Source: Pavona decussata (lineage: Eukaryota). Taken from it: a stretch of 64,000 nt of DNA. Location of the stretch: the NCBI GenBank assembly GCA_977016875.1, contig CDRNST010000118.1:1674001-1738000 (forward strand). The letters run 5' to 3'. The notes beneath the pieces are model-generated. The model was given only the letters and a program-made list of their open reading frames with translations. It did not search any database and was not told the origin of the DNA. Positions 25,901-38,500 of this stretch are shown here, piece after piece. A program made the translations under genes and the position numbers. How positions within the stretch are numbered: position 1 is the first letter of the stretch; every line of letters starts with the position of its first letter.

Positions 25901-26244
25901 TAACAAACACCAAGTACACTTTGAATTTGCACAAGAGCGCTAAAAAGGCAAAATGCTGTTTATCTGGTTTCACATACCCGTATATAACCTGATCTATCAC
26001 TTGGAACTCCTCCAACTGCCACGTCGTAGTTCTCCATGTTGTTAGGAGCATTCAAAGCGAAACCAAACCCGACCCAACCTGTGGCACGAACTTCTACCAA
26101 AAATTCAAAAGTGTCTGTAGACTCACTGTAGTTGTGGGAAACATTGTAGTTTCCATTATCAAGAACAATGGTGTTAAAAAACGCACCACTAGTGCTTGGG
26201 TAAAACAAAAATAGTATTAACACATACAACTGAACATAACTCAT
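11930..26244 (-). CDS. Gene B: signal peptide + 4 DOMON domains + S/T/P linkers + GPI-like C-terminus (~831 aa, 12 coding exons)
   Basis: Exons 25978-26244, 24285-24434, 23770-23974, 21920-22146, 20392-20541, 18877-19081, 16992-17218, 15960-16109, 14645-14981, 13500-13705, 12802-12951, 11930-12151 join into one 2496-nt open frame. N-term MSYVQLYVLILFLFYPSTSG-AFF. Four GW[VI]GFGF...M..YDV.V.G blocks. C-term PTGPSAASILCSGIYGIVTLTITLLNVLLL*. An N gap falls inside one intron. Confidence 0.88.
13863..13981. mobile_element. Independent inverted insertion of the 119-bp MITE, nested in a larger Harbinger-type MITE (13745-14086)
   Basis: CAG TSDs; empty in gene C (~31480). Host ends GGTCCGGTTG...CAACTGGGCC. 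Confidence 0.78.
17948..18082. other. Assembly gap (N run)
   Basis: 135 N. Confidence 0.99.
18093..18862. mobile_element. ~770-bp TTAA-TSD non-autonomous DNA transposon (Kolobok-like)
   Basis: ttaa|GGTGGCCGAACACAGTTT...AAACTATATTCGGCCACC|ttaa. Confidence 0.8.
19744..20298. mobile_element. 555-bp MITE with ~55-bp TIR and 2-bp GT TSD (CAC end; possibly CMC/EnSpm-like)
   Basis: gt|CACGCTGGGATTTTTTTAGTCAAAT...ATTTGACTAAAAAAATACCCAGCGTA|gt. Empty sites at ~15865 and ~33385. Confidence 0.78.
22902..22957 (+). repeat. (GAAA)n microsatellite (shorter copy ~46053-46083)
   Basis: Directly visible. The two N gaps lie at the equivalent site in the other units. Confidence 0.9.
22987..23755. mobile_element. 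Same Kolobok-like element, copied by duplication
   Basis: Same TIR, TTAA and flanks. Confidence 0.8.
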
Positions 26245-26308
26245 TGAAAAATGAAGTGGATGGTTTCGAGTGAACAACAAATTTACCGAAGCATTTTTCG
26301 ATAAACCC

Positions 26309-26317
26309 TATATATAT
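26309..26317 (-). promoter_or_regulatory. Candidate TATA box of gene B
   Basis: ATATATATA followed by GGG, ~65 bp upstream of the ATG; identical in gene C. Confidence 0.5.
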
Positions 26318-26993
26318 CTTAGCATTCTTTTGAACGGATCACTGCTTGACCAATATCTTTTGTTTCAAGTTTTAACTTTGGGTGTTTACAAAATTTTAAG
26401 TAACACCGGTATGACTTTATTACGGCACGAAATAAAATATTTAGATCGCGCTAACGGCAGTTTCTATGGCAGTGTGGTTCCTCAAGAGAGAACCCGTGGG
26501 AAATACTCGTACCGGTTTGGTGGTCGCCCTGGTTATTATTTAATCACCCCATTATCATTAGGCGCAAACAAAGATGCCTGGTTTGTAATATAAGAGCTAG
26601 ACGTATTTCTACAAAGCGAGTCGGCGAAAATGTTTACTTGCTGCAACAAGTTTATTTAAGAAAGGACTGATCAGCGCTATGCGGTTGGTTTCTGGTATAT
26701 CATCATTCATCTTACAAGGCTTACTTCCTTCTGAATCCATTTGCCTGTATCAGATTTGCTATAATTCATAGTAAAGGTTGTTGTAAACTTGACATGAAAT
26801 AAGTAAATAACGATTGATTGATTGATTGCCAAGACGAAGAATTCGGGCCAATGATAAACCATACAAAAATGAACGAGGCTAGTGTCTTGCCATCTACACC
26901 AAACCAACTGGTTATGAGCTCGTCTTTACATCAGAAAACAAAATTAAGGGGAAGCCGGGATAATACTGCCTTTCTCAGGGCTGAGCATTTACA

Positions 26994-27160
26994 GGGGAGG
27001 TGGCGTGGTCGAGTGGTTAGAGACTCGGACTGGTAATCTGGAGACCCTAGGTTCGAGTGCCCTCTCTGTTTCGGGTGTAGTCCCCTCTTCAAATCCTCGG
27101 CCACACTTTGTAAATAGCCAGTTGGTAAACCTCCCTACCTGTTGGGATTTTTAAGGAGTT
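26994..27160 (+). mobile_element. tRNA-derived SINE (paralogous copy 50117-50285)
   Basis: A box GTGGTCGAGTGG, B box GGTTCGAGTGC, and body GTAAATAGCCAGTTGG...GTTGGGATTTTTAA. Confidence 0.65.
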
Positions 27161-27928
27161 TCTATTCTGCTTGTAATATTTTTTTGATAACAGGGCCCCA
27201 CGAGCTTCTAGCTTTAAATTTAACTGTGTATAAATGAATTAGCTTTACTTTTTAATCGTACTTTTACAGCTACAACGTTTATCAGAAACAAGGAAATAAT
27301 AAGGAACGAAAATATAGTAATTTAATAGTAAATTTCTTAACCCCTTTGTCCGCTCATTAATTTGTCTTCCTTTGTTCGTCGCTCATTCCTTGTTTGTTCA
27401 TTCATTATTAATAACACCATTTATTCATACTGTAAAATTTACTCACAAGGCCATCCGTTGTTTGTTTGGCTTGTTCTTTCGTTTCGTCACAACCTCGTTC
27501 TGAGGGTGTCTCTTCTTCACACGAAGAGGAGAGACCCTGGCAACGAGGTTGGTTCCGCCACTGCATTGGTACGAGACTGTAGTTGCGTAATAAAAGGGTA
27601 GGCCCCTACTTCCTGCCACATCTTGGTGAACGTGAAATGGAAATTTAGACGCCGTCCAGTCGTGGCACGTTGTTGACTTGAGCGTCCACTGAAAAAATAT
27701 GCTTCAAATTTCATAATACCACCTTAGTAATGTAAGGCATCGATTTCTAATTCGGTTAACGGGGTTTATTCCGAATTAAGTCCATTTTACCGGTAAGGGT
27801 AAGTAGAAAACGATGCATGTTGTTTGTCAGTTGTTTACGCTCTGATGGCTGATTGACAACTGAAGGTGAAAATGGTCAGGACAGTCCTCTTTTATACCGA
27901 AATTACCTGTTAAACGTTTGATGCCCAA

Positions 27929-27980
27929 GGACCAGTTGCTCGAAGCATGGTTGGCGCTAACCCAGGTTAAATACCATGAC

Positions 27981-28017
<37 letters not shown>

Positions 28018-28045
28018 CGCTAACCATGCTTCGAGCAACTCAGCC
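27929..28045. mobile_element. Same palindromic MITE at the paralogous site
   Basis: Same sequence and flanks as 10601-10719. Confidence 0.8.
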
Positions 28046-28538
28046 CAGATCGTTAAGAAGGATCGTTGAAATTTGTGGATGAGTAGACAAATTAGCGTAG
28101 AGCTAAATTGTGGATAAAGTGTCTGGGTAGTCCTGAAAATTGGATACAGACTGTCGCCTGTGTCCAGTTCCAAGAACGAACAATAAATTCGAACTGGATC
28201 CTTGTAATTAGATATAAATATTTTTAGAAGTTTTCTTTGTAGGGATTTTATTGTTGTTGATATTGTAAGCTTTTAATGGTATTTTAGTGACATTTTTTAA
28301 CTCTTTTATATTGTAACACACGACTACGTCAGCTCTGCTACATTTTTCTCATCGTGTTTAAATAAATGGTAAATTCAGGGCCCGAGTAAAAGGGATATAT
28401 CCTGCATACAGTCCCTTGCACTAGCGTATACTTGATTTTTGGTACGTAAGGTATTCATCAAAAGCCACATTCAAGTAAAGTGACCGCCAGGTACAGAGCC
28501 AGCCGACCTCTCAGTATACATTACAAAAGCCCCTATAT

Positions 28539-28864
28539 GTAATGTTTAAAACACGAGCAGCAGTTTTGTATCGTTTTTGTTTTTTTTTTTAACCACGAGG
28601 CGCAGCCAAGTAGTTTTAGACCCGATAAAACACGTGCTGCGAGGTTTTTGAACGGTTTCAAAAACATTCCTGGAAAAGCGTGTGTCAAGAGAGTTCATAA
28701 CAATGATGCTTTTGTGTACGTTGGAAATTAACATGCGAGAAAAACATTTAACACCGCATACTAATAAGGAAGAGGTTTTATCGGGTTTTAAAACCACTGC
28801 ACGTGATGTTTTATCGACCATTTGATAGGTCAATGGGCTTATGAATTATTAATGAGTTTTTGAA
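28539..28864. mobile_element. ~326-bp TSD-less insertion (also at ~51504-51826)
   Basis: Sits between cctatat and agctacat downstream of genes C and D, absent downstream of B (~11212). Internal inverted motif cccgataaaa/ttttatcggg and core ACGAGGCGCAGCC. Confidence 0.65.
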
Positions 28865-29577
28865 AGCTACATACGCCACAGAAGGAATTGCACATAAATA
28901 CACGAGAGTAAAGTTAAAAATTCTTTATTCTATTTATTGCAGTAGAGCTATACTTTGTCTACTTAATGCCAGGAAATCCCCCAAAGAAATCGAGGTTTTA
29001 TAGAGGTAATGGCTCAGAGTTAAACGATCTGGGTTTATATTAAGAAGGACGCTACAGTAAAAAAAAGTCTATGCCCTGATGTAAAAACATTACAAACGTA
29101 GTGATAATTTTGAGGTAAACACATTTCAAAATCGGAGTATGTATTATCAAGCGAATGAGCGAAAAGCATATTCATGAACTATCTTTTAAAAAAAAAGGGT
29201 GGTCGATCATTTTATTCAGAACTGATCTACCACGAATAAAATCATGGAATTCTCCTGTCTAATCCACCTCAGTTACGATAATTTCTGCCGCCGAAAGAGC
29301 GTTTATTTGGTCGTATTGTACATTCGTTTGACAGGTATCACAAGTTTAATACAGCCACCATCTTGCCAATGCGTTCTCTTAAACCGCTTTCGGGTTTCCG
29401 CTGGAGTCATCCAGCATTTAGATTTGGCTTTTGCCGTAAATGTCTTAAGATTTAAGGGATTTGAGATCTACTGACTGAGAACAAGTTTGTTCTAAAAGTC
29501 CTCCGTTTGACTGTAAAAAAAAGTAATCCTTTCTATTTCTCAGTCAACTACGTGTCCCAAATGACAGTTTCTTAGAT

Positions 29578-32500
29578 TTACAACAGGAAAACATTTAGCA
29601 ATGTTATGGTTAGAGTAACAATCCCATAGATGCCTGAACACAGAGTGGACGCCGCTGAAGGATCTGTTGGAATAGGCTGCTCTGTTACCATGACAAATTT
29701 ATCGCTACTCCATCCCTGTTTAGAATGTACAGGAAAGGTTCCTGGGTCATTGGCGTCCGAAGCGCTATAGGCCCAAATTATATTCACTTCTCCGCCGGGC
29801 TGCAACAAAACCAGAAAAAAATAAAATCAGCCACATAAAAAATAGTATAGTTGTGCTTGTGGGGAGGGAAACCGAACATGGTGGTTTTGGTATCGCTTTC
29901 TGTTTATCGAGAATCCTGGCTGAAAATCTGAATTGAATATCCAATTTGACCGGATGAGAAAAACTCCAGAACGATTGGCCCACCTTAAAATACGCTATTC
30001 GTTTACGGTGTTAGGCTGTTTGGGCAACATTTACCATTTTATTTGACTAAATCGATAAGCCGATTGTTTTTTATATTGAGTAAGGTAACTTTTGTCCAGT
30101 AGAGTTTCAAAACGCGCTAGGAATGTTGTGCATCGGGGGAAATGCAAACTAGCTGTATTTATGTCAAATATCAATTAAACACGTGGAAGAGTGTCTCCTC
30201 CGATTTCCAAACACCGAGAAGTGGATTGAATCCGTATCAGTGCAAATAGATTTACAAAAAGCTGGGGCGAAAAAGACAAAAAAAAAAAGACCCGAACAGT
30301 CAAATAAATTGATAACGCATATGAAAGCATATAGCGATGGAGCCCAAGAAATCCGAATCTGGAGTCTCAGCGGGGGAGTAACATTACGCCTCTGTGAATT
30401 ACTTATACTGAAGACATATGCTTACCGTAAAAGCTAGATCGTTGGTATCTTTAGTGTCAGTTCGTCTCTCAAACATCAGCTCTGTGTAGCCATCGACTTC
30501 AGATGTATTGAGAAGTTTGTAATCCTGGCTTTCGTCAAGGGCAGGCAGCGTGCGTCCTGTAGTTTTAAAGTCCTGGGGAACAGACAGTTAATGGGGTTAA
30601 TAAAGATAACATAAAAAAAAAACAACCCTGGATAATCGTTTCCCGCAAGAGTTCTCCTGGTTTCAAACAACAATTTACGTACAATTAACGTTAGGTTTAG
30701 GCTACCTTCATTGCAACCTTTATTGCAACATACAAATGAAGCGAACACCTATTTCAGTATTAACGATTTTGATCTTTCAGATGATGCACTTTCTACGGCC
30801 ACGACATCGATATCCGAAAAGATTGACTGCATATTCTGGAATGAAAATTGACTGTACTGTTCTCCACCAATCAGTTGTTCAGTCATATCTGCACAAGCAG
30901 TTGTTGACATAAAATCTACTGACGTATATAAGTACTTAGAATTTATCAAGTAGTGTACATTGGCTTCAAGACTCCAGCCGGCAGAGCGAGATCTGTTTCA
31001 ATCACTGTTAATTGTTGGATTCCGTGTTTCTCAGTCTAAAGCACATACTCAATGGAACGCACCTCTGAATAGCCCTCTACTTTACTTTGGCGGAAAATCA
31101 CTGCTGAAACAGCAACTCACCCATAAATATCCTTGGCCATTGCTATACCCGGCAACAATTACGTCATAGTCCACCATGTTGTTGGGAGCTTTCTCAGCAA
31201 AACCAAATCCAGCCCAACCAGTTGTCTTCACTCTCAAGTGATAAAGCATCTTGTCAGCCTGGTCATCAAATTCCCATGACAAAAGGAATCGATTATCGTC
31301 ATAAGCATGAATAAACTGTGGAACTACTGCAGAAAAACACCGAAATTATTTTTATTAAACACCTGGGTCCGGTTGTTCGAAAGCTGATTAGTGCTAATCC
31401 CCAATTACAAATTTACAGAGGTTTTCATCTTGCTTATTAAAACTGTTAGCAAAAGCTTACTTTAAGCAAGTGGTAAAGAAAAGTACGTCCAAACTGAGGA
31501 ATAAAAATACTTTTGAAGAGTCTTCATTGATTAGTTATTATAATAACTGTAATAAGTATATAATCGGGCTTTGAACAACTGGGCCCAGTTTGGCATTCAC
31601 CCTCCAAGATCTACTTGTACTAATACAGGTCTCCATAGTAGGAGCTGTGTCTAGTTAGCTATATTATCTTGATCGAATGAAAGGTCAAGTTGAATATTTG
31701 CAGGAACATTAAGTTAGTTGAAATCCACTATCAAACACGTTTAATTAACAGGAGGATCCCAGGGTGAATTCAATGAATAACCTCTTACTCTTCTAGTTTA
31801 CAAGCTGGGCTAAGTGGTTTGACATACACGCAGCAAAGGAAACTCAACGAGAAGTTCAAAAACAAGTTCAACAGTCATCGTCGAAGACTTCTAACAATGT
31901 TTGTTAAACTTTTTTTCTACATGAGGGTGTGACAACAAGAGCCCATTTTGTTGCAATTGGTTACGAACGTAAACGTTTTATTAAATTTGCCGCAGATAAC
32001 AAAAGTTATAGTTCAACACCAAATTTTCTACAACGCTACCAGATTTGAGATGGAGAGAGATGCCACGAGAAAAAGAAGGACGAAAACAGACAAACAAACA
32101 AAATAAAAGGAGAAAATAAACAATGTACCTGTTGTCGAAGCTGGAGATGGAGTTGATGTCAGCGACGGTGCCATTGTTGGTGTTGCTGTTTTTATTGACA
32201 AGGATATCATCTCTTCCGTTGTTGGCGTTGCTGTCACTATTGACGACGAATTCATCGTTTCCTTTCTTGGTGTTGGTGTCACTATCGTTGTTACTCCCCC
32301 CGCCGCCGTTGATGGTGCAGATGACTTTGTCTGCGGTCTCCGTGTTTCAGCAGGAATGAGTGTTACTAGCTGGTAACCTCGATGCTGATTGTGGAATGCA
32401 TTCAGGCTTTGTTGCGCGTCAATGTTATCTTGATAAGCCCATATTAGGAAAATTGACATCCCTGCCTAAAAAATCGGATTAAAAAAACAAAAAAACTGAT

Positions 32501-35500
32501 TCATGAAGTATAGGGTCTCACAGATAGAACGAAAGCCTGAATATCAAAACATTGCATAATTTTGTAGGCAGGATTTAATAGTCATATCCTACACGTAGGT
32601 GCGTTTATTTGAATTAAACGAAGTTTAAACCGTGGTTAAGGAAAGTCGTGGTGCACATTCTGTAAAGCAGCTCTTTCCTAGTAGGGTATTTGCTCGTGGT
32701 TTTGGTTACTTAAACAAAGTTTATCCGCTTAGACTACCTTTAGACAGCGTCTAGCCGCTGGCCTAAAGAAATTTAAGACATTTTAAAGCTTATTGTAAGT
32801 AGATGTTGAACTTGTTAGTCGTTTGCAACAATGGGCAACTGCCAACATAAACGGGACGGAGTCTCCCCTCAACAATATTTGTCGCATACCTCCCAGGGGT
32901 GAAAGAATAAATTAAGTTTACAACATTCGTTGAAGTATGCTAATCACTAGTTCCCTTTTAAAAGTTCTCTTAAACATACGCAAATTAACCTCAAGATGTA
33001 AATTAACATTTTAGTACTAGCACTTTCGCATGATGAGCCCATCCTGGTGAAAAAAACAGTCCCCATTACAATGCTGCTTTTACTCTAAAATTTGGACATG
33101 TTCTTTTGGGATTGTTTCGGAATAGGAATACACGCAATAGACAATAAATGTGTTTTTGGGACCCTTTCTGTTTTCGGGGATAAAAAGAATAGTGTTCCGT
33201 TCATTCACAGTTTACATAGAATAAGAGAATTTTGTTCTTTTGGTAGGTTTCCAGTTAAAAGGGAATATACGGAATTGCACTACTTCTTTTAGGATCTGAT
33301 TTCTCTGTATTCTATTATTCCTCAACCGAAATACCAATTGTTCCAAAAGAATGTACCCTTAATTTTATCTATTTTTTTGTGTAGTGTTTAGGGTGGTTAG
33401 CGCATGCTCTAATTAAATAGACAGGAAATGGCGTTATTCTTGTCAGTGGGCTTGCGCTTCTGCGTTTCATAAATTTACCTGAATAACAACATCGTTTTGT
33501 TGGTCGTTGGTGCTACGCTTGCGATAAAACCTTAGCGTCGTGACACCGTTCTCTTCTCCGGAGTAAATCAACCTCCAGTCCTTCTGAGAATCCACTCGTG
33601 GTAACCTGTTGCCGATGGTTATGTAGTCCTGGTTGGATAAAAAGAACGTAGTTAGTAACGTGAGTAGAGAATTATTAAACCTTGACATTACATGTTTGTC
33701 TGAGAATCTGCTCGTGGTAATCTGTTTCCGATGGTAGTCACATGAGTAAAAAATATTACAACTCAGTTGACATTAGATGTTTGTTATCTTTTGCTCTGGG
33801 AATTGAGAACCGAATTACAGATTACAAAAGGATACGCCTGTGTCACTGACAGAGAACTGAAATACAGCTGCAGTAGAACCACCAAACAAAATCCGTCCCT
33901 GGATTTGGCTTTTTTTTAGCCATTTGCTATCATCGACATTCAAATCCTAGCAGTATGTAGGATGTTTATTACATAAACCTAGCATAATGGCCCAGCTTCC
34001 TGCTTGAAGAGTCTCTTGTACAGTAGTGGTACAGTGGTAGAGCATACGAACTAGCAATCAGAAGGTTCGTCTCCTGTTAGGAGAACTCGGATTTTCTTTT
34101 TCCGAGTTTGCCCTAAAAGAATGCGTCTGTAACGAGCTGAACGCTCAAGAAAATTAAGAGTGCCTGACTGTAACTTTCGAGAATCGCTGGCCAAGCTTGA
34201 AAAATCGAAACTCCTGATAATTTGCCTGAAGTTTACTTTTGGGGAACTATCTTCGAAAATATTATTTGAATGTTCTGGAAATTTTTAGTTTTCGAGAATT
34301 TTGGAGAAAACGAAATAACGGGTTTTGCCTCATTAATTATGCAAAAATCTCACTCAAAATTAGCCAAGTTCAATACGCTTGTGTTGAAACAGTACGCAAC
34401 GCTAGAAAGCGAGGTCGGTTTTGAATAAGAGCATAACTCACCTACTTTCTATCAATGGGACCTATGTAAACTTTTGTAGAACTTTGGAGGGTTTTATGGC
34501 TCTTTGAAAAATTGACATTTTGAGGACTTCGCGATGAGGCGAAAATTGAGTAAGTTTGAAGGTTTAAAATGCATCTTGGTATGTCAGGTATCGACTCGAG
34601 AGGAACATTGTGATAAAGCTTGGGTCTTCGTCTTTAATAATACGAAATAAAAAATCTGGGCAATCAATGCACGCGCTGACGAAAACCAAAGTTAGCGAGG
34701 CTTCGTTAACAAATTTGCATAATTCGCAACTGTTGAGAAAATGCTATGTTGTGGCGACTCGGTGAAAACATTGACCCAGGCTATTTTCAAATGGTTATTT
34801 TACCCCACATTGCATTTGTCTGTTTCTCTTTCTTGTTTAATAACGTGGTAGAAAAGGTCTGGAAAAAAATGCGTGATCGGAAAAGAAAATATTCGTCAAA
34901 TTATGGTGGGAAATTTGCATAATTGTAAATCTTCCAATAAATCTGTGTGCAAAGGAATCTGATTGGGAAGGTTTCGTTAAGAGACCATTTGACCGAAACA
35001 CCCCACATAAAAGGAGTCAAAACAACGTTTAATAATTCGATTTTAACCAATTATTGTCGAATCATAACCTTTAAATTAATGGTGCAAAAACTGATACTCG
35101 CTATTGCGTTATCTGCGTCACGTCAGTAGCTGTCGATAAGTCTTAGAATATGATGCCCACAAACCAACTTGTGCTGCGAAATTGTCAATTACAACAACTA
35201 GAAAAAAGACCTTTAGTTACTGGCATATGAGTGGTTTTGATAAAAATAAAACGTTCACATGACACTTGAATCACGTTTAAAAGATACATGCTTGTCAAAT
35301 GAGATGCGAAAGTTGGACATAGGGTCGGTCAAAGTGAATATTTTTAATTAAATCAAGTTTGTTTACTGGAATGCATGCTTTTTCAAATAGCTAGTCCAAC
35401 CTTCTTCAGTGGCCTTCCAAATAATGATCACTCAGAATTGGGTCAGTCAAAAAAACTCTCTGTTCGTGTTGTTTGATACTGTACCTTCGCAAGTGACTGA

Positions 35501-38500
35501 AAAACAATGTCAGCTGGCACGCCATATTTTAACGTAATTACTGGTATGAAATATCACACATGCACGGATACACGCTTTAAAACCTGTGTGCCAATTTCTG
35601 TTTAACAAAATAATAACCTACCTACAGATTGGCTGTAGGGCATGCATTTATCTTTGTCGAATGTCAACAACAGAAACACGAGTATCTCAGTGACACTGTA
35701 TACACGCAATGTCTACTGCATATATCTCAGGTAGCCGAAGCTCTATGGCCTTTGTTTGACCTTTATATTTTGATGTCACGATGAGTGTTACGCAATGGCG
35801 TAAATCATTACGGTTTGTTTGGGAATTTACGAACGTGTTTTGGAGTCGAAAATAAAGGGCATAAATTGAACAAAAATTGCTTACCTTGTCTCCTTGATCT
35901 CTTGCCAGTGTTTGTGCGCCATATTTTGGCCATTTTAGTACGATTCCAGTGGGCATTTAAAGGTTTGCTGAACATTTTTCTCGCTCTATATCCTGCTATA
36001 TATGTCCCCAAAAGGTGAGTCACTTTAGTAGCAATAGTTTTCGTTGCAACGTCAACAATGAGGTCAGTATAAAGTCTGAGTCGCGGACAAAGGACTGCGG
36101 ACCACGGACTAGGTATAAAAGAGAAACTAAAGTAAGTGGAGGACTTCGGACTACGGACCACGGACTACGGACTACGGACTACGGACTGGGTTTAAAGGAC
36201 TGGGTTTAAAAGAAGTCTGAAAATCATATCGTTCTTGTATTCATTCTCAGTAAGTTTAATATGTATCAAATCAAGTTTTGGTAGTTGTTTTTGTCCCTTT
36301 ATTGTTTTTTTTTAGAAGCAAAACAAGGACTTGGAATAAAATAGTAGGGATCGACAGTGCAAACATAAATCTTGCTTTATCTCAGCAAAACAGCTGGATT
36401 TTTAATACGCGCTCAAGAGAGCTGTTATTTTAGTTTGAAGCATTTATCTCAGGGTTCGATATGGTGAAAACGCAAAAGGATGTTTGGTGATCATGATCCT
36501 GATCAGCCAATGAGCCCACGTGCACAATCATCTAGATGTCGTACATAGACATGTATGCAGTAGACATTTCGTGTATACAGTGTCACTGAGATACCCGTGT
36601 TTCTGTTGTTGACATTCGACAAAGATAAATGCATGCCCTACAGCCAATGTAAACTGTAGGGCGTGCAGTCAGTCCATAGTCCGTAGTCCATAGTCCTCCT
36701 ATCTTAATACGAACTTTATGCCCACCCCGTGGTCCGCAGTTCTTCGTTTGCGACTCGTGTTTTATTATGACCGCCTTGTTAACGTTGCAATTTATTTCAA
36801 AGAATACTATTGCTATCAAACTGACCACGATTTTGGGGATATATATCTATAGTGGGATATCGCATAGAGAGAGGAAAATTTTCAGCAAACCTTTAAATGC
36901 CCACTGGAATCTAAAATGGCCAAAATATGGCGCACAAACACTGGCAAGAGATCAAGGAGACAAGGTAAGCAATTTTTGTTCAATTTATGCCCTTTATTTT
37001 CGACTCCAAAACACGTTCGTAAATTCCCATACAAACCGTAATGATTTACGCCATTGCGTAACACTCATCGTGACATCAAAATATAAAGGTCAAACAAAGG
37101 TCATAGAGCTTCGGCTACCTGAGATGTATGCAGTAGACATTGCGTGTATACAGTGTCACTGAGATACTCGTGTTTCTGTTGTTGACATTCGACAAAGATA
37201 AATGCATGCCCTACAGCCAATCTGTAGGTAGGTTATTATTTTGTTAAACGGAAATTGGCACACAGCTTTTGAAGCGTGTATCCGTGCATGTGTGATAGTT
37301 CATACCAGTAATTACGTTAAAATATGGCGTGCCAGCTGACATTGTTTTTTAGTCACTTGCGAAGGTACAGTATCAAACAACACGAACAGAGAGTTTTTTT
37401 GACTGACCCAATTCTGAGTGATCATTATTTGGAAGGCCACTGAAGAAGGTTGGACTAGCTATTTGAAAAAGCATGCATTCCAGTAAACAAACTTGATTTA
37501 ATTAAAAATATTCACTTTGACCGACCCTATGTCCAACTTTCGCATCTCATTTGACAAGCATGTATCTTTTAAACGTGATTCAAGTGTTATGTGAACGTTT
37601 TATTTTTATCAAAACCACTCATATGCCAGTAACTAAAGGTCTTTTTTCTAGTTGTTGTAATTGACAATTTCGCAGCACAAGTTGGTTTGTGGGCATCATA
37701 TTCTAAGACTTATCGACAGCTACTGACGTGACGCAGATAACGCAATAGCGAGTATCAGCTTGGCACTATTAATTTAAAGGTTAAGATTCGACAATAATTG
37801 GTTAAAATCGAATTTTTAAACGTTGTTTTGACTCCTTTTATGTGGGGTGTTTCGGTCAAATGGTCTCTTAACGAAACCTTCCCAATCAGATTCCTTTGCA
37901 CACAGATTTATTGGAAGATTTGCAATTATGCAAATTTCCCACCATAATTTGACGAATATTTTCTTTTCCGATCACGCATTTTTTTCCAGACCTTTTCTAC
38001 CACGTTATTAAACAAGAAAGAGAAACAGACAAATGCAATGTGGGGTAAAATAACCATTTGAAAATAGCCTGGGTCAATGTTTTCACCGAGTCGCCACAAC
38101 ATAGCATTTTCTCAACAGTTGCGAATTATGCAAATTTGTTAACGAAGCCTCGCTAACTTTGGTTTTCGTCAGCGCGTGCATTGATTGCCCAGATTTTTTA
38201 TTTCGTATTATTAAAGACGAAGACCCAAGCTTTATCACAATGTTCCTCTCGAGTCGATACCTGACATACCAAGATGCATTTTAAACCTTCAAACTTACTC
38301 AATTTTCGCCTCATCGCGAAGTCCTCAAAATGTCAATTTTTCAAAGAGCCATAAAACCCTCCAAAGTTCTACAAAAGTTTACATAGGTCCCATTGATAGA
38401 AAGTAGGTGAGTTATGCTCTTATTCAAAACCGACCTCGCTTTCTAGCGTTGCGTACTGTTTCAACACAAGCGTATTGAACTTGGCTAATTTTGAGTGAGA

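Noticed and set aside
25960-26280. ORF-track start at 26280 (and 49400)
   Set aside because: These are non-ATG starts. The ATG at 26244/49364 gives a clean signal peptide, and the ORF tails past GYIR are intron.
26994-27075. Functional tRNA genes (also ~4270-4345, ~56520-56600 and copies)
   Set aside because: A/B boxes are present but the stems are broken and each is embedded in a repeat body, so they are SINE-like.
36145-36210. CRISPR-like or telomere-like array
   Set aside because: Simple GGACTAC and GGACTGGGTTTAAA repeats without unique spacers, in a eukaryotic context.
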